Assembly (NCBI GenBank): GCA_000388065.2
Contig: KB932202.1
Strand: one strand, 5' to 3'
DNA length: 63,716 nucleotides
DNA from: Fonticula alba ATCC 38817
Lineage: Eukaryota > Protista > Nucleariida
Both the position numbers and the translations under genes were made by a program. Below, piece after piece: positions 1 to 12,298 of this stretch (position 1 is the stretch's first letter; every line of letters begins with the position of its first letter). The notes under the pieces are model-generated. The model was not told the origin of the DNA. It worked only from the letters and a program-made list of their open reading frames with translations, and did no database searches.

Positions 1-381
1 CCCCCCCCCCCGTCCACAAGTACGTCGTTGTTGGGGTCATTCCCCGTTCACCCATTCTACACACAGCCCTGTCTTCTTTCTGCACATCCTCTTCGCCCAC
101 CCAGCCATGCCCCTCGCCCGGCGCATCAAGCTGGCCTGTATGTGATCCACCTGGAGGCTTTTCACCCTTCCTCTTCTTCTTCTTCTTCTCCTCCTCCTCC
201 TCCCCCCCCTATCCCCCTCTTCCCACCCATCCCTCCTTCTCTCATTCCCTCATCCTGTTTCTCTTCGTATCCAACTATTCCCCTCTCTCTCCCTCCCCCC
301 CCCTGCGCCTGCCGCCCTGATCTGCTCACCTCTCCTCCTTCCCCTCTGTGCATCTTTGTCCTTCGTTCCTCCTCCTCCCAG

Positions 382-2726
382 TGGTCAGGCGTAGACAGCG
401 CGAGTTTGAGTCGGCCCCACTGGATATCCACACCCAGCGGGATTTCTATCCGGTGCTTATCGGTGGTGTGAGCCTTACCCTTCTGGCCGGTTTCATCAAT
501 GCCGTCTTCGTGACCTCCATCTACCAGCGGCCGGTCAGTCATATGACCGGGCCCACCACCAACATCGCCATCCAGATGACCGCGTCCAATGTGGACCTCA
601 TCCACCTTTGGCATTACGGGCTGCTGGTCTTTTTCTTCATTTGCGGTAGCATGTGCTCCGGGCTGATTATCGGCAGCGAGCGTGAGTTCCGCCTTGATCG
701 GAGTTACGGCTGGGCTTTGATCGTTCAAGCGACTGCCCTCTTCCTTGGTGCCATCCTGCCCACCCTCGGGAGTGCCGAGCTGCCGGTCTTCTTTGGTGCA
801 TTCGCCTGTGGTCTTCAAAACGCCCTGGTGACCACCTTCTCATCGGCCATCATTCGCACCACGCATATCACCGGTATTGTGTCGGACATTGGTGTGCTCA
901 TTGGCCAGAACCTCCACTACTACTTCTTCAACGGCCCCCCGCAGAAGGGCAGCTGGAAGTTGAAGCTCTTCATTCCCCTCTATCTGGGCTTCTTCGGTGG
1001 CGCGGCCCTTGGTGCCATGTCCGAGGTACGTCATCGCGCGTCTTTCCCTCTCCTCCTCCCTGTCTTCCTCCCTTCTGTCTCTGCCCTTTGTCCCTCCTAC
1101 CTGGCCATCCTCCCCCCCCCCCCCTCCATCTCCTTTCGCGCCACTGGGAGAGAGCCTGTTTTGCATGTGTCTTTCTGACCTTTGGATCCCCGCTTCCCTC
1201 CCTCCCTCCTCCTCCCTCCCGACTGCAGCCCNNNNNNNNNNNNNNNNNNNNNNNNNNNNNNNNNNNNNNNNNNNNNNNNNNNNNGCCCGCCCCCCCTTTA
1301 GCGTGCCTTCAAGATGCTTGCTCTCCTGTTCCCGGCCGGTCTGCTGCTGATCATGGGTGTCTTCCACCTGTCATATCGCACTCTGCTCAAGAAGATCCAC
1401 GAGCGGCGCTTCGAGAATGAAGAGCGCTTCGAGGAGGAGCGCCAAGCCATGGCCGACATGTTCGCCGCCTATGCCGAGCGCTTTGGCAATGACCGCGCCG
1501 AGGCCGCGCGCCAGTTTGCCGCCGATGCCATTACCGCCGCCGCCGAGAGCGTCGCCCGTGCCAGTGGCGTTTACGATGCCAATGGCGCCCGACAGAGCAT
1601 GGCCGCCAGCATGCGCAACAGCTTGGCCTTCCCCCGGTCCTCCACCGACTATCCTGGGGTCGAGGCATATGCCATGCAAGCTCTCTCAGGTTCGTCGATC
1701 CATGAGTCCGGCTTCTCGCGCAAGTCTCAGAACTTCGCGCCCGATGCGACAGGCGGTGTCAATTACGACCACCCTGATATGCCGCGCACCGGTCCCCCCC
1801 CCGCCCCCGGTCCTGACAAGCTGCGGGCCGATCATCCCTACCTCCCTGGTGCCGGTCCTGCCGCCCTGCCAACTGTAGATCCGGCCACCGGGCGCCTGTT
1901 GGAAGGCGCCAGCCCTGAGAGTCCGGATATGTCTGGCCCACGCAGCTTCGCCCCCTACTTCGAGGTTCACAACGACACGGCTGGCCATGCGACCGGTGTC
2001 GAGGATGGCAGCACCACATACTCCTTCAATGCCGACACCCTGCGCACCACCGGCATGCCTGGGTCCATTTCCGACCCCGGCTACGATCATGATGTCCTGC
2101 CCATGTCCCGCGCCAGCATTGGCTCGTATTCGGCTCGGGCGGCTTCCTTTGGCAACATGCCGGCTGCCACCGAGGACGCCTGGCGCATGCACGTGGCTCG
2201 CACTTCGATCGCGGTTGGTGGCGATGCCGCATCCGCCCGTGCCCTCACTCTCACCGAGCAGGAGCTCATGCAGGATGTTCAGGCCCTGTTGCATGAGCGT
2301 GCCGGTCTCTCCCCGGCCCCGAGCAGCGCCGGTGGCACTTCCTCCCGTGTGAGCATGGGCATCAGCTCGCCGGCGCCTATGGCCCCCGGGGCCAAGCTCG
2401 ATGGTGCCATGGCCCTTGTGCCACCGACGCCCGAGTCTGCTGACGCTTCCTCCTCCTCGGCTGGGAGCTTCCACTTCTCTTCCACCGGGGCCAGCAGCAG
2501 CTCCCCCTCCATGTCCTCGGCTTCCTCGTTGATGACCCCGGTGTCGGGTGTTGATGCTCATCTGTCGGCGGATATCCACGCAGCCGTGCACCATGCCAGC
2601 ATGCTCGGTGCCGCGCATCACATCCCGCCGCTGTCCCCGCCTCCGGGGCAGGCCTCCGCCCCGCCCAGTGATGCCGGAGCCGGCGGCTTCGGAGGCGCCA
2701 TCGACTTCTCACTAGATGAGGAATGA
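382..2726 (+). CDS. DUF1275 (YoaK-like) multi-pass membrane protein with long disordered C-terminal tail; 5' exon(s) upstream of window
   Basis: Exons 382-1025 and 1302-2726 join in frame (GAMSE|RAFKMLALL) with donor GTACGT at 1026 and acceptor TAG at 1299-1301. DUF1275-like motifs LAGFINA, SHMTG, CGLQNA, RTTHITG, GFFGGAALG. Probable upstream donor GTACGT at 20. Confidence 0.8.
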
Positions 2727-3330
2727 TCACGCGCCACATCTTCAAGCATGTCCCCCTCCCCCATGCTCCCCCATGCTCCCCCTCCTTTTGTCCCTTTCTT
2801 CCCAAAATACACAGTGTCCTTGCTCCCTTTTCCTGTCCCCCCCCCCTTCCTTCCTCTGTATGGCTCCATATGCGGTCCTTACTCCCATGTCGATCCCTGG
2901 ATCGCCTTTTCGCCCGGCCTCCTGTCGTCTTTAACTCCTCCCTCTGTGCATGTATATCCCCACCTCTTGCCCATGGCATTTATCTTTTTTCTTTATTTGT
3001 ATTCAGGTTTTGTCGACATGTAGAAAGGCCCCTCCCCATGAGAGATGGCGCGAGCAGGGGGGGATGTCTGGAAAAAAAAAAGCCCCGACCAGGAAGTTTG
3101 AAAAGCAGGAGGGGGGGGGGGGGGGGGGGGAAGGCCGAGAAAATGGACGGGGCGGGAATCCTTGCCCCCACACAGGGGGAGGGGGAGACAGAGAGAGGAG
3201 GCAACCACCAACTTACCCCCACCCCCTCCCGAGGATGCACACAAGAAAAGAGAAGACAACAGGGAGATTGGGAGGGAAGAGAGAGAGAGAGGGGGGAGGG
3301 GGAGGGGGCGGGCGAGGGGCGGGCATTTTC

Positions 3331-4589
3331 TCAGACAACTGTGGCGGGCTGCGCCGGGCCAGCCGTCGGAGGGGCCGCCGCCATGGCCTGTGATTGGACG
3401 CCCGATTCCGAAGCCATGCTCGGGTTGTCGGCCTCAAGTTCGGAGTCAGTGTCACTGGTGTACAGGTCGACATTGCCCTCCTCATCGGTGAGCGCCTCAT
3501 CATCCTCATCGGAGTCGTCGTCCTCATCATCATCGTCATCCTCATCGTCGTCGTCGGTCATCAGATCCTGCGAGCCGGCATCCTCATCGCTGGCATCCAC
3601 CATCATGGCATCGCCGCTGTCACCGGCAAAGCCATCAACAGCTGACGGGTCGTCCACCGTGAGCACCACCCCGGCAGCCGGCCGACCGGTCAGCCCTCCG
3701 GGCGAGGAGGCCAGCATGTCGGCGGTTGGCAGGGACAGCCCCCCACCGGCGGCGGCCTTGGCCCCACCGGCACCGGAGGCCGTGGTGACGGCGATGTCAT
3801 CATCATCCTCCTCCGGCAGGACAACATTCATGACTTCCTCCGGCACGGGCAGTGGCTCGTCCGGGTTGGCCCAGTTGATGGGGAAGTGCGTGACGCGCGG
3901 CTCGTGGGCCATGATATGCCGGTACAGGCGGCTGCAATCGATCTGCTCTGGTGGCAGCTGGCCCTGAAGAGTCTCATCATTGTAGTGATTGTTGATGTAA
4001 TACCCACTGCGCATGGGTTGTGTGTGTGTGTAGCCCATACAGAGAAGTGCATCAGTAAGCAAAGGGCATGAAAGGACGAGCCTCGGCCAAGAGGGGGGGG
4101 GGAGGGGGGCATGCATACGCACACGCGAATGAACTCATGGTCATTGTAGGCGCAAGTCAGCAGGATGACCGTAACACCGACGACATCCTCCATCGGGATC
4201 TTCGTCACATCCGGAGCGTTGGCCTCGAAGACGAAACGATGCAGGCCCTTGGTAAGCGGCCCGACCAGAACCGACTCCAGCTCTTGATCCGCGGCCGCGG
4301 ATTCCGCTGACCCGACATAGATGAGCTTCCATTCGAGGTCTGGAGAAGGGACAAGTCAGTTCATGTGTGGATGAAGGCCAGAGAGCCGATATGTAGAGGG
4401 AGGGAGGGAGAAGAGCCAGAGAGAAGCAAGAGCTCCCGGAAGGCGGAGATGACAAATATCGCAAGTATGTGCGTGTGTACCAAGTGGGAGTGGCTCAAGA
4501 CAATCGAAGACAATTTCAAATTGGAAGGGCTCATTGAACAGAGCGGGGTTGTTCATGACATTGACGTCACGCAGCATGACAAGCGCCAT
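3331..4589 (-). CDS. ASF1: Histone H3-H4 chaperone ASF1 with acidic C-terminal tail
   Basis: Exons 4589-4481, 4339-4123, 4006-3331 give [66 protein letters not shown], followed by a D/E-rich tail. Confidence 0.96.
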
Positions 4590-4673
4590 GGTTGGCTTGA
4601 CGATTGCAGGGGTGCAGCAAGGGCACTGTGCCAGGCGTGCGAATAAGAGGGGAGAGGGGGAGGGGAGGGGGAA

Positions 4674-4714
<41 letters not shown>

Positions 4715-7700
4715 GACCCAGTACGCACNNNNNNNNNNNNNNNNNNNNNNNNNNNNNNNNNNNNNNNNNNNNNNNNNNNNNNNNNNNNNNNNNNNNNNNN
4801 NNNNNNNNNNNNNNNNNNNNNNNNNNNNNNNNNNNNNNNNNNNNNNNNNNNNNNNNNNNNNNNNNNNNNNNNNNNNNNNNCATCGTGGCTGGAGTGGACG
4901 CGCGCGCAAGCGCGGAGGGGGAGGGGCGGGGGAGGCGGAGGCTCGAACGGGGCGGGGGAGGAGCAGGAGGAGGGAGGAGGTATCTGGCGAAATGCACCGC
5001 TTTGCATGGGGGCGACCCGCCGTCTCTTGGAAGATCTGCCACACGGCGGACTGCCCTGCTTACACTGCTTTACCAAGCACCTTGGCACACCGACACAGGG
5101 CACAAGCCCCTATCTCCCTGGGAGCAGCTACGAGTCTTGTTCGGTGCGGGTACACGCTGGGAGCGGGGGGATGGGGGTTGTGGGTAGGGGTGGGGGGGTG
5201 GGTGGGTGGGTGCGGGGGGGGGGGGGGGGGACAATGCATGAGAGGAGAGGGCAGCGAAGCGCAGTCACCTGATCGAGATCGTTGGGCTAGAGGCGAGTCC
5301 CAGTGTATATTGTCATGCGTGAGCTGAGCAGGGCAAGCGCGGGAGAGGGTGGTGCCATATTGCGGGCGCGGGCGCGGGCGCGGACAGCCACAGGACGAAG
5401 CACCGGGACACAGACATGGCTCGATGTGAATTCGTGGATGGAAGAAAGGAGGGCTGGAGGGCCGGACAGGTTGGACGGGCAGCCCGGGTGGGTGAAGCCA
5501 GTAGACGCACAGGTAAGGCCAGGGCCCAACAGGCCTCCACGCTTGCAAGTGTGCCACCATCGAAAGTGCCTGTACGTGCATGCGCCCCGGCTCGCATACT
5601 TGCACGAGACGTGCCATACTGGAGGGGGACTGTGAGAATGATGGTGGGGGGGGGGGGGGGGGGAGGGGGCAACAACGAAGGGCGACCCACTCATTTGAAG
5701 TCGATGCATGGTTCATCCTCGCCCGCCTGGCAGGAGATCGAGTCACTGCGGTATTCCCCCGGCCGCACTTGCGCGGGCGCAGGGCGGGGGAAGAAACGAT
5801 ATTTGAATTTCCCTACACTGTACGCTGATTGGGCATCTAAATAACGCCCGTATCACACGTGATATTGGTCAGCCCATGAAAGTGGCGCTCTGTGTCACAC
5901 CTTCACGTTCTTCCCGGCGGTTACCGCCCGGCGCCGGGGGGGGGGGGGGGGCTGGGGGGTTGGGGGATGGTTTTCGGGCGGCGCCTCCGGGGGGGGCGTA
6001 TACACCTTCGGGGCGAGCAACGTCCCACCGGCTGTGGTGGTGGGAGGGGGGGGGGGGGGGGGAGAATGATGGGCATCAGTGCACGCTCCTCTCTCGGGCT
6101 TGCTCGGGGCCGGGGAGAGGGGGACTACTGACCCGAGCCCGGATCCCCCGGCCCCGAAAGGTGGTAATATCATGGCGAACCAGCGCGGAGCATTCCTTTT
6201 GTGCGGCTCTTTCGGTCCGTCCGCCCCCCCCCCCCCCCGCATCAAGGCGGGCGCCGTCAAGGGGGCGCTTCCCGGCCGGGCACGGCGCATTATTTAATGA
6301 GCCTTCATGGATGTCGCGGCCGCCTTTCTCCGGACCGCAGGGGCGACCGTGTGCCGCCGATGGAGACCATGCACTGTCACTGCTCACGATGGCGCTGCCC
6401 CCCCCCCCCCCCCGCTTCGCGAGGATCGGCGAGAAGGTGCCGGCGGGGGGCCTCGAGTTCTCTATTTCGGTGCCGCTCCTCGGTGCTGGTGGCTCTGTGG
6501 CTCATCCGTGCGCCAGGCTGCATGGGCATCCTGTTAACTGCAGCCACATCGCATTGACCTGGACCTTTCGGTAGGACGCCCTCTGACCGTCCCCGGTCCG
6601 AGACGGCCCCGGCCGGAGTTCCCAGGCATGGAGGAGCTGTCCCCCCTTGCTGTTGTTGGGTTCACAGTGTGCCCACCCCTTCCTTGCGAGTCCATGCTGT
6701 TTTCGCCCGCAGCATGTGGGCCGACGGGGCCCGAGACATATATGCGCAGGTGGGGCCTTTTCCCGATCGAGGGAAAGGGCATTGAGGTGGTCATGGTCGG
6801 ATCCAAGGGCGATTCCCGCTCGCCACGCCTCTCTTCGTCAAGCTTGCTCGCTCGCGCGCGCGCTCTCTCGCTCTCTCTCTTTGTGTATGTGGGGAAGTGC
6901 CGCTTGCCGTCCACCCCCATCCACAGGCTCGAGGCGTGGGGCTTCCGGGGCAGCCCGAATGACCCCCCCCCCCTGCCGGGGCCTCTGTTCCTGTGGTAGG
7001 GGGGATCCACGCCCGATGCATAAGCGGACGCGCTTCCTGCTGCGCGCACAGAGGGGCCAGAGGGCGGAGAGGACTTTCCTTGCTCAAACGGGCCGCCGAT
7101 TGTCCTGCTTCTGGGTCTTGGCCAGGTGCATCCCATGCGCGGAGCCCCGGGCCCCGCCACGTTTCTCTATTTATGAGCCGGGCCCCTGGACGGTGATGGC
7201 TGTGGGAAAGGCGCACATCGGCCTGCGGCTGCCGACGCCCCAGCCCGTGCCGTTACCGGTCGTCCCCCCTGCTTTCTGCGCGCACCCGCAAACAGGCGCC
7301 CCCCCCCCCCCCCCGAGCACACGCCCTGTGGTTGAGGAAGAGAGCCGGGAGGACTTTTCAGGAGTGCAGACAGGCGGGAACCGGAAAAAGCCTGCCTAAC
7401 GGAGAGGCCGTGGTTCGAGGCATGTATTCGAGGCGGGTGCTTTGTTTCCGCGTACCCGCGCAGGCGCCCGCCCTTCATGCGGGCACGGGTGCATGCGCGC
7501 TTGCCCTCCGGGAGGAGCTGTTCACCGTGCCCCCAAAGGCTGGCCTCCGGCGCCGGCTGAACGCATGTCCCCCCCTGGCTCCTCTGGGTCCTGGGGCCTT
7601 CTTCTTCGAGGGAGGCCGATCAGGCCGATTTAAAACACCCGCCCCCCCCCTCCCCCGGGCTCACGTACACGGCAGCTGATCCCCACAGGGCTGGAAAGAT

Positions 7701-8692
7701 GCGTCCCGGCCGGCGGTGACGAATACCCGCGCTCTCGACCGGCCCCCGTCCGACTGCGGGGGGGGGGGGGGGGAGGGGGAATGGCTGCCCTTCCCGTGTG
7801 TGTCTGTTTGTCTTTCCGGACCTCCGTCCTTCGGGGTCCGTGTGGTCCAGGGCCGAGTGAGCCTCGACCGTGTACCCGTCCGGCCGATCGTCCCCTGGCC
7901 CCCGCCGCCCACTCACGGTCCTGCGCCAGGTCAGGGCTAGAGACCAATGTATTGGCGCTCGGGCGCCTGCCGGCCTGTCCCCCATTCCTTCTCGGTATCC
8001 CCCACGGGGGTCGTCCCCCCCCCCCTCCGCCCGCTCGTGCGAAGGCCTTTCAATCAACAGGCTCCCCTCTGCAGAGGCTCCGGACGGGGGAGGAACAGCG
8101 AGCATCCCCGAGGACGCCCGCATTCCCCCGGCCCCGCGCGCACCCCGGCAGCGTCCCGCGCGCCAAGCCGCTCGGCCGGGACAACAGGCCATCCAAGTGC
8201 ATTCCTCCCGCTGAGCCCGCGCAAGCACGCACACATGGACGGTGTCCTGTTCGGGGCCGCCACCGTGGGATCGACCAGGCACAACCCCCCGGCCCCAAAC
8301 AACAACAGCTCCCCTTCCCTGCCCCCGTCTCCCCCTTCCCGGGCGAGCGGGAAACGCGAGGGGCGCTCGTGGGGGGCGGGACGGGGGCCAGAACCGGGCG
8401 CGCCCGTTTGCACCCCCCCCCCCCCCACGCCCTTCCGTGACGGCAAGGACTGCCGAACGGCGTGTATGGGTGTCCGGGGGGGGGGGGGGGGGGGACAATG
8501 GCACATAACCGCCGGCCACTGCCAAGCAAGGAGAGGCTCCCTCTCAGAATCAAAGCGGGCCGTGCTGACCCGGCCGCCGCTGTCCGCGTCCTCTGGCTAC
8601 CGCAACGTTCGCTTTCCCCGACGTCGCCCCTTCCCCCTCCCCTTTCCCTTCTCCCCTCCTTACCCTCCCCCCCCCTCCTGCCCCCACCCGCG

Positions 8693-9627
8693 ATGGGCCA
8701 GCTACTCTCCACTCCCAATACCAACAAGGTTACCCACCTGGCGTACTACCCGGACGCCGGGATGATGGCCGGGTCTTCCAGCATGCAGGGCTGGCGCGTC
8801 ACCATGGAGGATGCCCACCTGATGCAGTATTCTCTGCGCGCTGGCGTCACCTCCTCGCTGCAGCATGACGATGCGCGCAAGATCCCCCCGCCCAACCTCT
8901 CGACCTCCGGGCTCCGGCCCTCGCCGGGCGAGCAGCAGACTCGCACTGCTCAGGACCTGCAGCAGTACCAGGAGCGCGTGCTGACCTTCGGCCCGACGAT
9001 GAGCAAGGCATACGCGCACCACCTTTCCGCCGCGGTCCCCTTCACTGGCGAAACGGAGCTGTCCCTCTTCGCTGTCATGGACGGCCATGGTGGGTCGGAG
9101 TGTGCCAACTTTGCCGCCAAGCACCTGGCCGGCTGCGTGCTCGCTTCCAAGCACTATTCCTCCGGCGACTACGGCCAGGCTCTCTATGACGCCTTCCTGG
9201 ACTGTGACTCTGCCTTCTTCGAGGGTACGTCCTCCCCTGTCGTTTCTCTGTCAACTCCCTCGTCTTCCTCCTTCTCTCTCTCTCTCTCTCTCTCTCCCCT
9301 TCCCTCTTTCCGTCGCCACATTCTCATCCACCTTTCGCAAACCCTTCTCCCATTTGCCTATGCCGCATTCACTCACTTATCCATCCCGAATGGCTCCTGA
9401 TGCTCGTTCTCCCCACAGCAAGCAACAACATGTCCGGATGTGCGGCCATCGCCGTCGGCATCACCAATGACAAGATTTATTGCGCCAACGCGGGCGATGC
9501 CCGTGCTGTCCTTTGCCGCTCCGGTCTGGCCATCCCCCTGAGCATTGACCATAAGCCCACTCTCCCTGGTGCGTGGCCCCATGCCCTACCGGCCTTCCTT
9601 TTGTGCTCTCTCTCTCTCTCTCCCTCC

Positions 9628-9664
<37 letters not shown>

Positions 9665-10460
9665 CGCGCGCGTGCGCGGGTTTCCAAACTAACCCCCCCT
9701 TCTCCCCCTGCCCTCGGTTCACAACACAGGCGAGGTCGAGCGCATCCAGGAGGCCGGCGGCTTCATCCACAACGGCCGTGTCAACGGCAGCCTCGCCCTC
9801 AGTCGCGCTCTGGGCGACTTCTCCTTCAAGCAGCATCCCCGCCTGTCGATGGTTCACCAGCCGATCACCGCCGCGCCGGACATTGTCACCGTTGACCGCA
9901 ATCGCGAAACCGACGAGTTCCTCATCGTCGCCTGCGACGGTATTTGGGACATGGTCACCTGCGACGAGGCGGCGGACTTCGTGCGCGAGCACCTGGCCTT
10001 CGGCCTGGCTCCCTCGGCCGTGGCCGAGCGCTTGCTCACCCGCTGCCTGGCCCCGAGCACCGGGCAGTCCGGGCTCGGTTGCGACAACATGACCTGCATC
10101 ATCATCACCCTTGGGGACAAGTCTGCCATCGGTTCTTCGCCGGAGGACTTCGTGGCCCATGTGGCCTCCCGCGCTACCCTGCCGGTTGTCCGTGACCAGC
10201 CTCCCACCGGTGTGGCCGCCTGCCTGACTGACCCCAATGGCGTGGTTGCCCTCGCCCAGTACAACGAGCAGCGCGACAGCTTCTATCGCCTTCATGCGAC
10301 TGGCGTCGGGTCTTCGAACCCGACCACTCCGGGCACTCTTCCCGCCACCCAGATCTACATGGCCACCGACTCCGATTCCTCGGACTTCGAGTCCGACCCG
10401 CCGAGCCCCTCCTCCTTGAGCTCCTCCGCGGCCGCCGCCAAGGAGCTCGACCTGTCGTAG
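8693..10460 (+). CDS. PP2C/PPM family Ser/Thr phosphatase (Ptc2/Ptc3-like), predicted N-myristoylated
   Basis: Exons 8693-9224, 9419-9568, 9730-10460 (470 aa). Motifs MGQLLS, SMQGWRVTMEDAH, DGHGG, ANAGDARAVL, DHKP, GRVNGSLALSRALGD, IVACDGIWD, GCDNMT. Confidence 0.95.
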
Positions 10461-11561
10461 TCAGTCATCGCATGTGCCTTTGCGTGCGTATGGCGCTGTG
10501 TGCGAGCTGCGCTCGCGCATACGGGCCCAATCAAAGGGCCTCCACGCGTGCACACACACGCACATGTACATACACATGTATTATCGATTGTCACTAGGAA
10601 GAGGAGCACCTGCGCAGCCTCTGGCGTGCGAGCGCACACACACGCACACACGCGCACCCCCGCGCCACATGCATTGCATGCCGGATTGGCGGTTTACGAC
10701 ATCGTCGCCATATTCTTGGACTCGTATGGGCTCCTGTGCTTCCCCCCTCCCCCCCTCCCCCCGTCTCCTCATCCTCCGCGAGCCTCCATGGTCGTGTGTA
10801 TGTGCGTGTCCTCGTGCATATTTGCGCATGCAGACACACACACACACATGCACCACCTCCAGCCTTACTCTTCCTCCCTGCCTCTCTCTCTCTCTCTCTC
10901 CCTCTCTCTTTATCTCTTTCCCTCTTTCCCCAGTCTACACGTGTGCACACCCCTATTCTTACTCCTGCCCCTATTCCCTCTCTCTTTGAGCAGCGGCGAT
11001 GGCGGCGCAAGGGCAAATGGGGGCCACCACACGGCCATCCGCATGCGTGTTACTCTCCGCCACCGAGGGGGCTCTCATTGCACGAGCACCCAAATGTCCG
11101 TCTTCTTTCCTTCTCTGCTGCTGTCCCTTTCCTCTGCCTGCCCTCTTGTGCTGGTGTTCTTTCCTTGAAGAAGGATGTTCCCGGGGAGGAAAGGAGGACA
11201 CCTCTTCCCCTCCCTTGTACTTGTTACTCTGCCTATTTGTCCCGAAATTCCAAATGCGCGGCTCGCTACTTGTTTCCGTATGCCGCGCCCCAATAAAGAT
11301 AAACTCCAACACATGCACGTAGACAAACACGCTGGCACTCATACACATGTGGGGGCACATGCAAGGATAAACTCAAGTTGCAAGGGTGTGCATTTTGTGA
11401 AAGGGGACCATTGTTCGCAGGGACAGGCATCTGTCTGTGTGTCTGCGGATGTATGTGCGCGCGCGCGCGCGCGCGCGCGCGTACGTGCGTGTGTGTGTGT
11501 GTTTGTGGGGCCGGAAAGAAGGCAAATGAAGGGGCCGCGCACAAGCACTTTCCAGTCTAGC

Positions 11562-12050
11562 TTACGCGCTGTCCGAGGCAGCATCGGCCGGGGCCTCAAC
11601 CACAACCTCATAGGTGCTGACAGCCTCCTCAACTGGGACGGCCTCCGAGTTGGCCGACTCGGTGAACAGGGCGACCACCGGCTCGGTGGCCTGCTCGGTG
11701 GCGTTGATGGCGGCGGCCACAGAGGGGACCTCAGTGGGAGCGGCAGCGGCGGTGGCGGCCTCAGCAGCAGCGGCCGAGCGTGCGGCCGCCTGGGCCTGCA
11801 TCTTATCGAGCTGCTCCCGGAGGAAGGCAAAAGTCGCGCGCGCCTGTGGGATGAGGACCTCACGAGCAGTCTCGGCGGCATTCTGCGCGGCCACCTCGGC
11901 CACCGGGCGCGTGGCCACGAAACGCAAATCATCCGTGCAGGCGTGGATCGCATGGCCGAGCCCGACACCGGTGCCAAAGATGACCGGGGCGCGAGAGCCT
12001 TGGTTGCCAGGACGCGGGTCAGTGCCTGAGGAGGGGCATGCATTGTCGGT

Positions 12051-12085
<35 letters not shown>

Positions 12086-12298
12086 AGGAAAGAAGAGGGG
12101 AAAGGAGAGGGAGATGGGCGCACTGCGGAAGAAGGCCAGGGACGCAGCAAAGCCGAAGGCCATGCCGTACAGTGGCTGCGTAGCTAGCCGGTAGATGCAG
12201 CGGTTCCAGATGGTCACCAGCCCCTCAGTGCTGGGGACAATAGTCTGGTCGGCCACACGGGCCGCGGCGGTGGCACTAACGGTCTCAGGCTGGGACAT
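11562..12298 (-). CDS. MIC10: MICOS subunit Mic10 (MINOS1/DUF543) with Ala/Glu-rich C-terminal extension
   Basis: Exons 12298-12124 and 12025-11562 (212 aa): WNRC..YGMAFGFAASLAFFR..PVIFGTGVGLGHAIHAC. WxRC motif, two TMs with a GxGxG glycine motif and a terminal Cys, as in Mic10. Confidence 0.75.

Noticed and set aside
4039-4047. ACAGAGAAG resembling the U6 snRNA box
   Set aside because: Flanks do not match U6, and it lies antisense within an ASF1 intron.
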